NCBI GenBank assembly: GCA_016874755.1
Contig: VGTH01000009.1
Span: 4,933-68,932, forward strand
Length of the DNA: 64,000 nt
Source of the DNA: Deltaproteobacteria bacterium
Lineage (GTDB): Bacteria > Desulfobacterota > Binatia > UBA9968
Reading direction: 5' to 3'
Shown here: in pieces, positions 51,087 through 60,386 of the stretch
Position numbering within the stretch: position 1 is the stretch's first letter
Layout: the number at the start of each line of letters is the position of its first letter
The notes under the pieces: generated by a model
What the model was told of the DNA's origin: nothing
Seen by the model: only the letters and a program-made list of their open reading frames with translations
Database searches by the model: none
Program-made: the position numbers and the translations under genes

Positions 51087-52238
51087 ATGAAACACAGCAC
51101 GGAAAGAATTTTAGTTTCCCACGTCGGCAGCTTGGCGCGCCCCAAAGATTTGATGGAAATGTTGGTGGCACGAAACGAGGGCAGAGCCTACGACAAAGCG
51201 ACGCTCAGCAAGCGCATGCGCGAGTCAGTCGCCGAAGTGGTCGCAAAACAAATCGAGTGCGGCATCGATGTCGTCAACGACGGCGAACTCGGCAAATCGA
51301 ACTTTTCCCGCTACACCAAAGAGCGCCTCGGCGGCTTCGTCGAGCGAACCGCCGACCTCAATTTCAAACCGACGTCAATTTTTGGCCGCGACATGAAAGA
51401 GTTCACGGAATATTTCAACCGTGGGGGCCGCACGGCCATCGGCCATCATGCGCGCGTGTTCTACGCGGTGGAGCCACTCAAGTATGTCGGCCAAGAAGAA
51501 GTGCAAGAAGACATCGCCAACTTGAAAGCCGCCCTCCAAGGCAAGAAATATGAAGAAGCATTCCTCCCCGCCATCGCACCCGGCACGATGGAGCATTGGA
51601 TGAAGAACGAATACTACAAGACCAACGAGGAATATTTATTCGCCATCGCCGGCGCCATGGCCGAAGAGTACAAGGCCATCGTCGACGCTGGCTTCGTCTT
51701 ACAGATCGACGATCCCGATCTTGCCGACGCTTGGCAGATGTTTCCCGACATGTCGTTGGCCGATTACCGCAAATATCAAGAGCTGCGCGTCGACGCGCTC
51801 AACCACGCACTCAAGGGTTTGCCCGAAGATCGCATCCGCTTCCACATGTGCTGGGGCAGCTATCATGGGCCGCACAAATACGACATGCCGCTCAAGGACA
51901 TCATCGACATCATTCTCAAAGTGCGCGCAAGCTGCTATTCGATTGAAGCTTCCAACCCGGTGCACGAGCACGAGTGGCGGGTCTGGCAGGAAGTAAAACT
52001 TCCCGCCCGTAAAATGCTCATGCCCGGCGTCATCGGCCACTGCAGCGATTTCATCGAACACCCGCGAGCGATCGCCGATCGCCTCGTGCGCTACGCGAAG
52101 ATCGTCGGCAAGGACAACGTCATCGCCGGCACCGACTGCGGTATCGGTTCACGCGTCGGCCACCCGCAGGTGGGCTGGGCCAAATTCCAAGCCATGGCCG
52201 AAGGCGCCCGCATCGCGAGCAAAGAGCTTTGGGGATAA
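51087..52238 (+). CDS. Cobalamin-independent methionine synthase II family protein
   Basis: HVGSL.RP, DGE, QIDDP, HMCWG, GTDCG. Confidence 0.9.
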   Translation: MKHSTERILVSHVGSLARPKDLMEMLVARNEGRAYDKATLSKRMRESVAEVVAKQIECGIDVVNDGELGKSNFSRYTKERLGGFVERTADLNFKPTSIFGRDMKEFTEYFNRGGRTAIGHHARVFYAVEPLKYVGQEEVQEDIANLKAALQGKKYEEAFLPAIAPGTMEHWMKNEYYKTNEEYLFAIAGAMAEEYKAIVDAGFVLQIDDPDLADAWQMFPDMSLADYRKYQELRVDALNHALKGLPEDRIRFHMCWGSYHGPHKYDMPLKDIIDIILKVRASCYSIEASNPVHEHEWRVWQEVKLPARKMLMPGVIGHCSDFIEHPRAIADRLVRYAKIVGKDNVIAGTDCGIGSRVGHPQVGWAKFQAMAEGARIASKELWG

Positions 52239-52246
52239 CCAAAAAT

Positions 52247-52333
52247 GGGGTGATGGAGTATCGGAGTGATGGAGTGTTGGAGTGTTGGGTTTTCGGAACC
52301 CATTACTCCACGACTCCAACACTCCATCACTCC
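52247..52333. repeat. Inverted array of 8-nt units (GATGGAGT / ACTCCATC)
   Basis: GATGGAGT ATCGGAGT GATGGAGT GTTGGAGT ... ACTCCACG ACTCCAAC ACTCCATC. Confidence 0.75.
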
Positions 52334-52345
52334 GGAATGCCTCGG

Positions 52346-52929
52346 TCAACTTGCCGGTGAAAACTTCATCAGATGACTTTGAGTCGTACCCACCCCAGCG
52401 GCGGCCTCGGTGCTGCTCTTGATGATGCTGCGCGTTTCCGGGCTGTAATAGTAAGTTGACGTGCTTGTACCGGAATTGGCACGGTTGGCGCGGTCAGTTT
52501 TCACAACTTATAGGCTTTGAAATCGCCCGCCGGCACGGTCACCTGTTCTATGCCAACGACATTCACCTCCACAGATCGTGATTGATCTTGCCGCGCGCCG
52601 GCAGGTCGGGTTTTATACTCGTAGCTCCACTTCTGGCCAACTGAAAGGGGGAACTTCAAATCCTGTCGTTGCTCGCTCCTGCCGATCCATCGCAGCGTCG
52701 TTTGACCTGGCCCATCGGCTTGTATCGGGACCTCTGTTTTTTGATTTCCCTCGATCTGAGAGATTCGCGGTTGCCCCTGCACGATCGTAATCCCAATAGT
52801 TTTCTCCAGCGTTGCGGTCGAAGAGACCAGCTGATTTTCACGGCTTATTTCAATCCGCCAAGTATCACCGTCCTTATGAACCCGGTGCCGATGCCACATC
52901 GTTGCCGAGAACAACATTGGCTTGAGCAC
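52346..52929 (-). pseudogene. Frameshifted exported beta-rich protein with a VTVPAGxF motif
   Basis: ORF 52501-52929 ends EQVTVPAGDFKAYKL*; TSTYYYSPETRSIIKS continues in another frame; 5' end unclear. Confidence 0.6.
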
Positions 52930-53085
52930 TTACGAATAATCCCATCAACAGTACTCTCACGATTTTCATTGCTTTCTCCTCTCGCATTCGGTTAGTGAGC
53001 GCGCACAAAGTCATGCCGCTCATGCCAGTAATCACTGCCAACGTGCACTTACTTCACACGGACGCGTCGTTGCCGCGAAGCACTG

Positions 53086-53102
53086 AGCAAGAGCGTTGCC
53101 AA
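53086..53102 (-). promoter_or_regulatory. Putative sigma54 (-24/-12) promoter
   Basis: TTGGCAACGCTCTTGCT on the minus strand: GG-N10-GC in the TGGCA..TTGC consensus. Confidence 0.6.
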
Positions 53103-53151
53103 CCGATGGGATACTGGAAGGAAAACTACAACTGCTTGATTTAGCGAGACT

Positions 53152-54756
53152 ATGCGTGCAGTAGCGGAGGTAAAGTGTATTCGCTTTTCTATTTCTGCAG
53201 CCTTGGTTTACGTTGCTGACAACAATGAAGCCGCAACGGAGTCAACGATTGCGAAACAAGCTGTTTCACTATTTGTGAGGCAAGGTTTTCGCCCAAGCAT
53301 CAGTTGGCGCAGCTCGCGGGCGACCGGCTGTTTGAATGCGACTTTCTATGCGTCGGAAAGCGAGCAACTAGACAGGGTTCTAGGTTTGAGCAACGGGCTC
53401 GATCCCGAGTTCGTCGCCAAGACCGCGGTCTATTGCCGCGAGCAAAGCCTCATGAAGGACATGCCGGCGCTGTTGTGCGCGTCGTTGTCGACTCGCGACA
53501 CTGAGTTGATGCAGGCAACCTTCGTTCGTGTCATCGACAACGGCAAGATGCTGCGCAACCTCGTGCAGATCCTGCGCTCTGGCGCCGTCGGTCGGAAGTC
53601 TTTGGGCACGGCGCCTAAGCGTCTGGTGCAAAGCTGGTTCGACCGTCAAGATGAGAGCGACTTGTTCCGCGCCGCCATCGGGCAGGATCCGTCCATCGAA
53701 GATGTGATCAAGATGGTGCATCCGAAGCCGAAGACTGAGGAGCAGGAAGCTCTGTACGGCTACCTGTTGGGGCGTTCGCACGATGCTGAGTCGCTGCCGG
53801 CTGTAGTTCGTGCGTGCGAGGCTTTCAAGGCGGGTGATACCACCGAGGTTCCCGACGTGCCGTTTATGAAGTTGACCGCGGTGGACTTGAGCGATTTGGC
53901 TTGGAAGAAAATCGCTGAGCGCGCTTCATGGCAGACCACCCGCATGAACTTGAACACCTTTGCTCGCCACGGCGTATTTGCCGATGCGGCTTTGGTGGAA
54001 AGGATCGCGGCGCGCTTGCGCGATCCGAAAGCGATCCGCAAGGCGCGGGCATTTCCGTATCAGTTGATGGTGGCCTACACCACGGCCGATGCAGCAATTC
54101 CTGGAGCGATCCCCGAGGCGTTGCAGGACGCCATGGAAGTGGCGATCGCAAACGTGCCCTGCTTCGCCGGCAAGGTCTACGTCTGCCCGGATGTGTCGGG
54201 TTTGATGTCGAGCGCGATCACCGGCTACCGCAAGGGTGCAACCAGCGCCGTGCGGGCGATCGATGTCGCGGCGCTGGTCGCCGCCGCGGTGGTGCGCAAG
54301 AATCCGTCGGCGGCGGTCTTGCCCTTTGAGCAGGACGTCGTGCCGTTGGCGCTCAACCCGCGCGATAGCGTGATAACCAATGCGGCCAAGCTCGCTGCCA
54401 TCGGCGGCGGTGGGACCAACTGCAGCGCGCCGTTGGCGCAGTTGAACGAGCGCAAAGCCAAAGGTGATCTGGTGATCTTCGTCTCCGATAACGAGGCGTG
54501 GATCGACGCAGGCCATGGCCGCGGCACAGCAACGATGGCCGAGTGGCAGCGCTTCAAGGCGCGCAACCCGGCGGCAAAGTTGGTCTGCATCGACTTGCAG
54601 CCGTACGCCACGACCCAAGCGCAGGAGCGCGCAGATATTTTGAATATCGGCGGCGGCTTCTCGGATGCGGTATTCGACGTGATCGCGCGCTTTGCGCAAG
54701 GTTCACTGAACGCCGATCATTGGGTCGGTGAGATCGAAGCCGTGAGTTTGAATTAA
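53152..54756 (+). CDS. rsr: Ro60-related TROVE/vWA RNA-binding protein Rsr (5' end damaged, probable pseudogene)
   Basis: ATGCLNATFY, MKDMPALL, DNGKMLRN, MNLNTFARHGVF, FPYQL, PDVSG, GGGTNC, VSDN; the preceding FSPKHQLAQLA is out of frame. Confidence 0.88.
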   Translation: MRAVAEVKCIRFSISAALVYVADNNEAATESTIAKQAVSLFVRQGFRPSISWRSSRATGCLNATFYASESEQLDRVLGLSNGLDPEFVAKTAVYCREQSLMKDMPALLCASLSTRDTELMQATFVRVIDNGKMLRNLVQILRSGAVGRKSLGTAPKRLVQSWFDRQDESDLFRAAIGQDPSIEDVIKMVHPKPKTEEQEALYGYLLGRSHDAESLPAVVRACEAFKAGDTTEVPDVPFMKLTAVDLSDLAWKKIAERASWQTTRMNLNTFARHGVFADAALVERIAARLRDPKAIRKARAFPYQLMVAYTTADAAIPGAIPEALQDAMEVAIANVPCFAGKVYVCPDVSGLMSSAITGYRKGATSAVRAIDVAALVAAAVVRKNPSAAVLPFEQDVVPLALNPRDSVITNAAKLAAIGGGGTNCSAPLAQLNERKAKGDLVIFVSDNEAWIDAGHGRGTATMAEWQRFKARNPAAKLVCIDLQPYATTQAQERADILNIGGGFSDAVFDVIARFAQGSLNADHWVGEIEAVSLN

Positions 54757-54763
54757 CTTTAAC

Positions 54764-54831
54764 CGGGGCTGAATGCAGTCGAAACTACATTTGCGACATG
54801 TTCTGTCTCGACGACAAACTTGTCAGCTCCG
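54764..54831 (+). ncRNA. Predicted minimal Y RNA #1 (no tRNA-like domain)
   Basis: CGGGGCTGAATG...CTTGTCAGCTCCG terminal helix; inner GTCGAAAC/GTCTCGAC; starts 8 nt after the rsr stop. Confidence 0.7.
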
Positions 54832-54839
54832 ATAAACCC

Positions 54840-54864
54840 AGGGCGACCCACCGGTCGCCCCCAC
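54840..54864. repeat. GTAG-family REP left of Y RNA #2
   Basis: AGGGCGACCCACCGGTCGCCCCCAC. Confidence 0.75.
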
Positions 54865-54872
54865 GAAAATCG

Positions 54873-54942
54873 TGGCGCCGAATGCTGTTGGGATTACATC
54901 ACAACCCTAGTACGGATGTCTCAACAAAAACTTGTCGGCCCA
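54873..54942 (+). ncRNA. Predicted minimal Y RNA #2 (no tRNA-like domain)
   Basis: GCCGAATG...CTTGTCGGC; inner TGTTGGGAT/GTCTCAACA. Confidence 0.7.
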
Positions 54943-54949
54943 GAAACTT

Positions 54950-54974
54950 GTAGGGGCAACCGGCGGGTTGCCCT
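54950..54974. repeat. GTAG-family REP right of Y RNA #2, inverted relative to 54840-54864
   Basis: GTAGGGGCAACCGGCGGGTTGCCCT. Confidence 0.75.
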
Positions 54975-54985
54975 CAGGGATGCAC

Positions 54986-55098
54986 GTAGCGAATGCCGAA
55001 GATAACTACATGGGTCGCGGGTTCGACTCCCCCTGGCTCCGTCAAACGGGCCATAGCTCAGCGGGAGAGCAATGTTTCCTTCAACAATTTGTCGCCAC
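54986..55098 (+). ncRNA. YrlA-like Y RNA #3 with permuted tRNA-like domain
   Basis: GCGAATG...TTTGTCGC; T arm GCGGG-TTCGACT-CCCCC, closed acceptor TGGCTCCGT-CAA-ACGGGCCA, D arm TA-GCTC-AGCGGGA-GAGC. Confidence 0.85.
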
Positions 55099-55148
55099 TA
55101 AATGCGGTTAGAAAGAATGGTGCGAAAAGCGATAGAATATTGAAACTA

Positions 55149-55272
55149 GCGGCGAATGCCGAAGCAACTGCATGGCCTCGCGGGTCTTCGGGTGCAAGTC
55201 CTGAAGCGCAGTCAACTGCGCTAGCTCAGGACAGAGCAACGAGAAAACGCTTCTTCAAGAACTTGTCGCCGC
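55149..55272 (+). ncRNA. YrlA-like Y RNA #4 with permuted tRNA-like domain
   Basis: GCGGCGAATG...CTTGTCGCCGC; T arm TCGGG-TGCAAGT-CCTGA, acceptor GCGCAG-TCAA-CTGCGC, D arm TA-GCTC-AGGACA-GAGC. Confidence 0.85.
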
Positions 55273-55285
55273 CCGTGGGGGAAAT

Positions 55286-56514
55286 ATGTCAGAGAGCAAC
55301 TACAACCTGATTCAGCCAGAGAATGGCGTGCCCATCAAGGCCTGGACCAAGGGCGTCGCCATTGAAGGTTCAGCGGAGAAGCAGCTGCGCAACGTCGCGA
55401 CCATGCCGTTCGTCTACAAATGGGTGGCGGCGATGCCGGACGTGCATTGGGGCATCGGCGCTACTGTAGGGAGTGTGATCCCCACCAAAGGCGCGATCAT
55501 CCCAGCCGCCGTCGGCGTCGATATCGGCTGCGGCATGATGGCGGTGCGAACAACGTTGAACGCCAGCCAACTGCCAGACAACCTGCGCAGCGTGCGCTCG
55601 GCAATTGAAAAGGCGTGCCGCACGGACGCACCAACAACGGGCGCAAGGGCGACCGCGGCGCGTGGGGCGAAATCCCCAAGCGCCAGATCGGCGTGTGGCG
55701 CCAGCTCGAGATGGGCTACAAAGCGATCACGGAAAAGTATCCAAACTTAGATCGCGGCAATGATGTGAATCACTTGGGCACCCTCGGCACCGGCAACCAC
55801 TTCATCGAAGTGTGCCTGGACGAAAGTGACCGGGTTTGGTTCATGCTCCATAGCGGGTCACGCGGCGTCGGCAATCGCATCGGGACCTTTTTCATCGATC
55901 TGGCGCGCAACGATATGCGCAAGCATATCGCGAATCTGCCGGATCGCGACCTCGCTTACTTCGAAGAAGGCAGCGAGCACTTCGAAGACTATGTGGATGC
56001 CGTGCACTGGGCGCAGGAGTTTGCCATGTACAACCGTAAACTGATGATGGAGCAGCTGGTCGAAGCGGTGGAAAATTGCCGCGAGCTGCCGGAGTTTTCA
56101 CTGACTGAAACGGCGGTGAATTGCCATCATAACTACGTCGCCCGCGAAGAGCACTACGGCCATGCCGTGTTCGTCACCCGCAAAGGCGCGGTGCGCGCCG
56201 GCAAGGGCGACATGGGGATTATCCCCGGCAGCATGGGGGCGCGCTCGTACATCGTGCGCGGCCTCGGCAATCTCGAGAGCTTCGAAAGCTGCAGCCACGG
56301 CGCCGGCCGCGCCATGTCGCGCAACGAAGCCAAGCGCCGTTTTACGATTGACGATCACATCAAAGCCACTGCTGGCGTCGAATGCCGAAAAGACGCCAAT
56401 GTTATCGACGAAACCCCAATGGCGTACAAGAACATCGACGATGTCATGAACGCGCAGAAGGATTTAGTCGAGATTGCGCATACGCTGCGGCAGGTGGTGT
56501 GTGTGAAAGGATAG
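55286..56514 (+). pseudogene. rtcB: RNA ligase RtcB split by a 1-nt frameshift near 55615
   Basis: MPDVH.G.GATVG and GVDIGCGM in frame 1; GTGNHF, HSGSRG, NCHHNY, HGAGR, DETPMAYK in frame 2; junction AAGGCGTGCCG lacks one G of K-A-V-P. Confidence 0.9.
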
Positions 56515-56529
56515 GCTTGAGGCGCGAGT

Positions 56530-57379
<850 letters not shown>

Positions 57380-57677
57380 GCTAGGAGAACCCATGCCGAG
57401 AATCGCGTTAGATCTAAACAACCTCGATGATCTGAAAAAAGTAAGCCCATTGGCGTCTCGGCCCCGGACTCGTGCCCGGTCAGCCCAACGAAGGGTTGGT
57501 CGCGCAGCTTTTGAATACGCCAGCACGTCTGCCTGAGTACGACGATTCGAGGGTGAATAAGTGCAAGGGGAAAGGCTACCGGACAGAGCCAGGACAAAAG
57601 AACTAACCCTCGCTGGGTGATCGATTATGCTGATCCGACGGATCCGACCGATCGGTCTGAAGGTTCAACCCGACACG

Positions 57678-58586
57678 CTACCCGCCCACACTCAACCCCA
57701 TCAGCGCCAACGCGGCGCGTCCGCCGATACCGTAGGGGTTGCCCATGGTTTCCTGCATCTCGAAGTGATTGAGCCCTTCGCCAACCAAAAGTTCCACCGG
57801 TTTGCCGGCGGCTTTCAGCGCTGCGGCGAAGTCGCGGTTTTGGCGCTGAAACTCGGGCGTCTCCTGCGTGCCATAGGCGAGTGTCACCGGACAGTTTAGT
57901 TTATCGAGATGGCGCTGCGAGCTGAGCTTCTCTTCCACCTCGTCGGTGAATTTTACATACTCGCTGCGCTTGGACATGCGCACCGGTTTTAAGTCGTACA
58001 TGCCGCTGACGCACAAACCGCCTTTGACGATGTTCGGCGGCAAACCAAACTCTTTTTGCCAATCGGTGACGAGTATGCACCCGGTGAGATGCCCGCCCGA
58101 GGAGTGGCCCGACAGGTAAATTCTATTTGGGTCGCCGCCAAAGCTCGCCGCGTTCTTGTAAACCCACGCCACGGCGCTGCGCACTTGTTGCGCCATCGGC
58201 AGCAAATTGCCGCCGGCGTCAGCGATCTGAACGAAATCTAAAATCACGTAATGCGCCCCCGCGTTGACGAACATCTCCGCCGCGAAAGCAAAATCCCTCG
58301 CCGCGCCATTGCGCCACGCGCCGCCGTGGGTAAAAACCATCACCGGCGCATTGGGCTTTTTGGTCTTATAGATGTCGAGCTTCTCGATTTCGCTCGACCC
58401 ATAAGCGCGCCGCTCCGGCGGCATGCGCTTCAACACCGACTCGCTGGCGACTTTGCGCCGCAATGCCAACAGCGGTTGATTCGGTGCGTAGACGGTCTGG
58501 TCGTAGGCGTCGTCTAGTGCTTTCTGATCCATGTCCAACCAAACGATTGGACCTTTAACCCGCGTTTCCGTAGCTGTGCCGGCCAT
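57678..58586 (-). CDS. Alpha/beta hydrolase (arylformamidase-like)
   Basis: HGGAW, GHSSGGH, SGMYDL, NHF. Confidence 0.88.
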   Translation of the reverse strand: MAGTATETRVKGPIVWLDMDQKALDDAYDQTVYAPNQPLLALRRKVASESVLKRMPPERRAYGSSEIEKLDIYKTKKPNAPVMVFTHGGAWRNGAARDFAFAAEMFVNAGAHYVILDFVQIADAGGNLLPMAQQVRSAVAWVYKNAASFGGDPNRIYLSGHSSGGHLTGCILVTDWQKEFGLPPNIVKGGLCVSGMYDLKPVRMSKRSEYVKFTDEVEEKLSSQRHLDKLNCPVTLAYGTQETPEFQRQNRDFAAALKAAGKPVELLVGEGLNHFEMQETMGNPYGIGGRAALALMGLSVGG

Positions 58587-58618
58587 CTTTTTCTCCGTGT
58601 CAGACTATTGCCTATTGC

Positions 58619-59146
58619 CTACTTTTCTATGCCATAAAACCGCTTGGCGTTGGTCGCCAGCACCGCGGCTTTATCCGCCTGATTGATATCGTCGCGCTCC
58701 AGGAAGAACGGCACCTAGGTCACGCCGCCTTCGAGAAAGCCGACGCGCAATTTCGGAAAGCGATCGAACACGCCGTAGGACAACATCGCTGCGGCTTGGG
58801 TCATGAGGCCGAAGGGATGGCCTAAAGCGTGCACCGGATAGTAAACTCCAATCGAGTCCATGCCCAAATGCTGCAGCGCGCACCGATCGAGATCTCTTTC
58901 GCTTTATAATCGGCTTCTATTTCCGCCACGGCTTCGCCCAAGTCCGGGTTGCTCGCCGACAAAGAAACCTGCTGCTGCAGGCGCTACGGCGGGTATCGAT
59001 TCTTTCTCGCCGCCTTCTAGATAATGAAAATGAATGTGATCGAAGGCAGGAAAAACTTCTTGGCGATTGCCCGCCGGCATGAACTTCGAGATTTCGTCCA
59101 TGTGCGGCCGGTCGTTGACGTGGCCGTCGGCGTCGATGATTTGCAT
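58619..59146 (-). pseudogene. Decayed amidohydrolase_2 gene
   Basis: MQIIDADGHV start; later GVFDRFPKLRVGFLEGGVT*VPFFLER with an in-frame stop at 58715-58717 fused to a C-terminal NAKRFYG; large segments missing. Confidence 0.8.
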
Positions 59147-59262
59147 GGGGCGTTCCTTTCGTAGAATCTCTCCGCCTATAACAAGTCTCGAAGCGAGCGT
59201 CTAGTTGAAAATCTTACAAATTACGCGATAATCGAAACATTCCACACAGCGGAGCCCAATGC

Positions 59263-59502
59263 ATGGCGCAAGCTAAAAACAAAGCAGAAGTAAAGCTACA
59301 ACAGTTGATCGCCGGCGCAAAGCAAAAGAACATCGAGATCCGCACTGAGAAGTTGCTGCGGGAGATCGGTTATAGGACTCATAGCGGGCGCTGCAAGGTG
59401 CGCGGCCAGGACGTCATCCTATTGGACCGCGACGCGTCGATCCACGACCAGATTGAATTTCTCACCACCGTACTCGCCGAGAACGCGCCCAACCAAAGCT
59501 AA
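59263..59502 (+). CDS. Small hypothetical protein
   Basis: 79 aa, GGAG RBS, IEIRTEKL..SGRCKVRGQDVILLDR. Confidence 0.6.
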   Translation: MAQAKNKAEVKLQQLIAGAKQKNIEIRTEKLLREIGYRTHSGRCKVRGQDVILLDRDASIHDQIEFLTTVLAENAPNQS

Positions 59503-59515
59503 CGTGGATGGGCTG

Positions 59516-59554
59516 ACGGTTTGAACGGCTTGAACCGTTGGAACGATTTGAACG
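59516..59554. repeat. Tandem 9-nt repeat (GGTTTGAAC-like x4)
   Basis: GGTTTGAAC GGCTTGAAC CGTTGGAAC GATTTGAAC between convergent genes. Confidence 0.65.
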
Positions 59555-59564
59555 TTCTTGTAGT

Positions 59565-60230
59565 TTAGTGGACGCGGATTTTTTTGGCGGCTTCGATGCC
59601 CAAGGAGAATTCGTCGGCACCGACTTTGAGCGTCATCATGCCAAGAGATGGCGCGACATCGACGACGTTGACTCTGGCTCCCGGCACCAGGCCGTGATTT
59701 TCCAAGAACCCCAAAAGCCGCACGTCTCGTTCGCCACCTTCGGTAATGAAATCGAGCTGAACTTGCTGTCCGTCGGACGCTTCGCTTAGCGGCACCGTCT
59801 TGGGAAGCTTGCCGGAACCGGTACCGGGAATCGGATTGCCATGCGGACAAGTGGTCGGGTTGCTTAATAGTTTGGCCAAGCGCTCTTCCACCTCTTGCGA
59901 GATCGCATGCTCAAGGCGATGGGCCTCTTGATGCGCCTTGACCCAGTCCAGACCCAACAGGTCGGTCAAGAAGCGCTCCGTCAGAAAGTGGCGCCGCACG
60001 ATTTTCTCAGCGACCTTGCGGCCGTCTTCGGTCAGATGGATTTCTTTGCGCCGGTTAATGGTCACGTAGCCTTCACTGGCAAGGCGGCGCAGCGTGGCGA
60101 ATATCGTCGAAGGCGAAACTCCGGTCTCGGCGGCGATGCGCGCGGCGATCACCGGCTGGTTTTCATCGGCCAGTTGGTAGATCGCTTTGAGGTAGTCTTC
60201 CAGCGCATGGGTGATTTTGGGCGTTTCCAC
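59565..60230 (-). CDS. DtxR/MntR family metal-dependent regulator with C-terminal FeoA/SH3-like domain
   Basis: EDYLKAIY, RRHFLTERFL..LG, EAHRLEHAIS, CPHGNPIP. Confidence 0.92.
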   Translation of the reverse strand: METPKITHALEDYLKAIYQLADENQPVIAARIAAETGVSPSTIFATLRRLASEGYVTINRRKEIHLTEDGRKVAEKIVRRHFLTERFLTDLLGLDWVKAHQEAHRLEHAISQEVEERLAKLLSNPTTCPHGNPIPGTGSGKLPKTVPLSEASDGQQVQLDFITEGGERDVRLLGFLENHGLVPGARVNVVDVAPSLGMMTLKVGADEFSLGIEAAKKIRVH

Positions 60231-60291
60231 GGTATGGGTGCATGCTATTTGAGGAACCCGTCAAGTGCAAGAGAGTCATCGAAATGTTATT

Positions 60292-60307
60292 TTTCGCCTG
60301 GGCGAAA
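60292..60307. promoter_or_regulatory. Palindromic candidate operator between the regulator and the iron ABC genes
   Basis: TTTCGCC-TG-GGCGAAA perfect inverted repeat. Confidence 0.5.
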
Positions 60308-60386
60308 GTCTCGGCAGCGCCGTATCTTTTTTGCCCTCGCGTCTGGAACTCTAACGTGGATTTAGATAATAAACGCGAAACCCACT

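Noticed and set aside
54986..55272. Genuine tRNA genes (GGTTCGACTCC and TAGCTCAG motifs)
   Set aside because: The T arm precedes the D arm, the acceptor stem is loop-closed, and there is no anticodon arm or CCA; this fits YrlA-type mimics
54757..55285. CRISPR array
   Set aside because: Shared motifs are short and degenerate, spacing is irregular, unit ends are complementary, and no cas genes are in the window
54820..55310. ORFs 54820-55005 and 54993-55310
   Set aside because: They run through REPs and structured RNA units and show no protein motifs
55600..55630. Programmed frameshift in rtcB
   Set aside because: No slippery heptamer at the junction, and the neighbouring rsr and rtcA are also damaged
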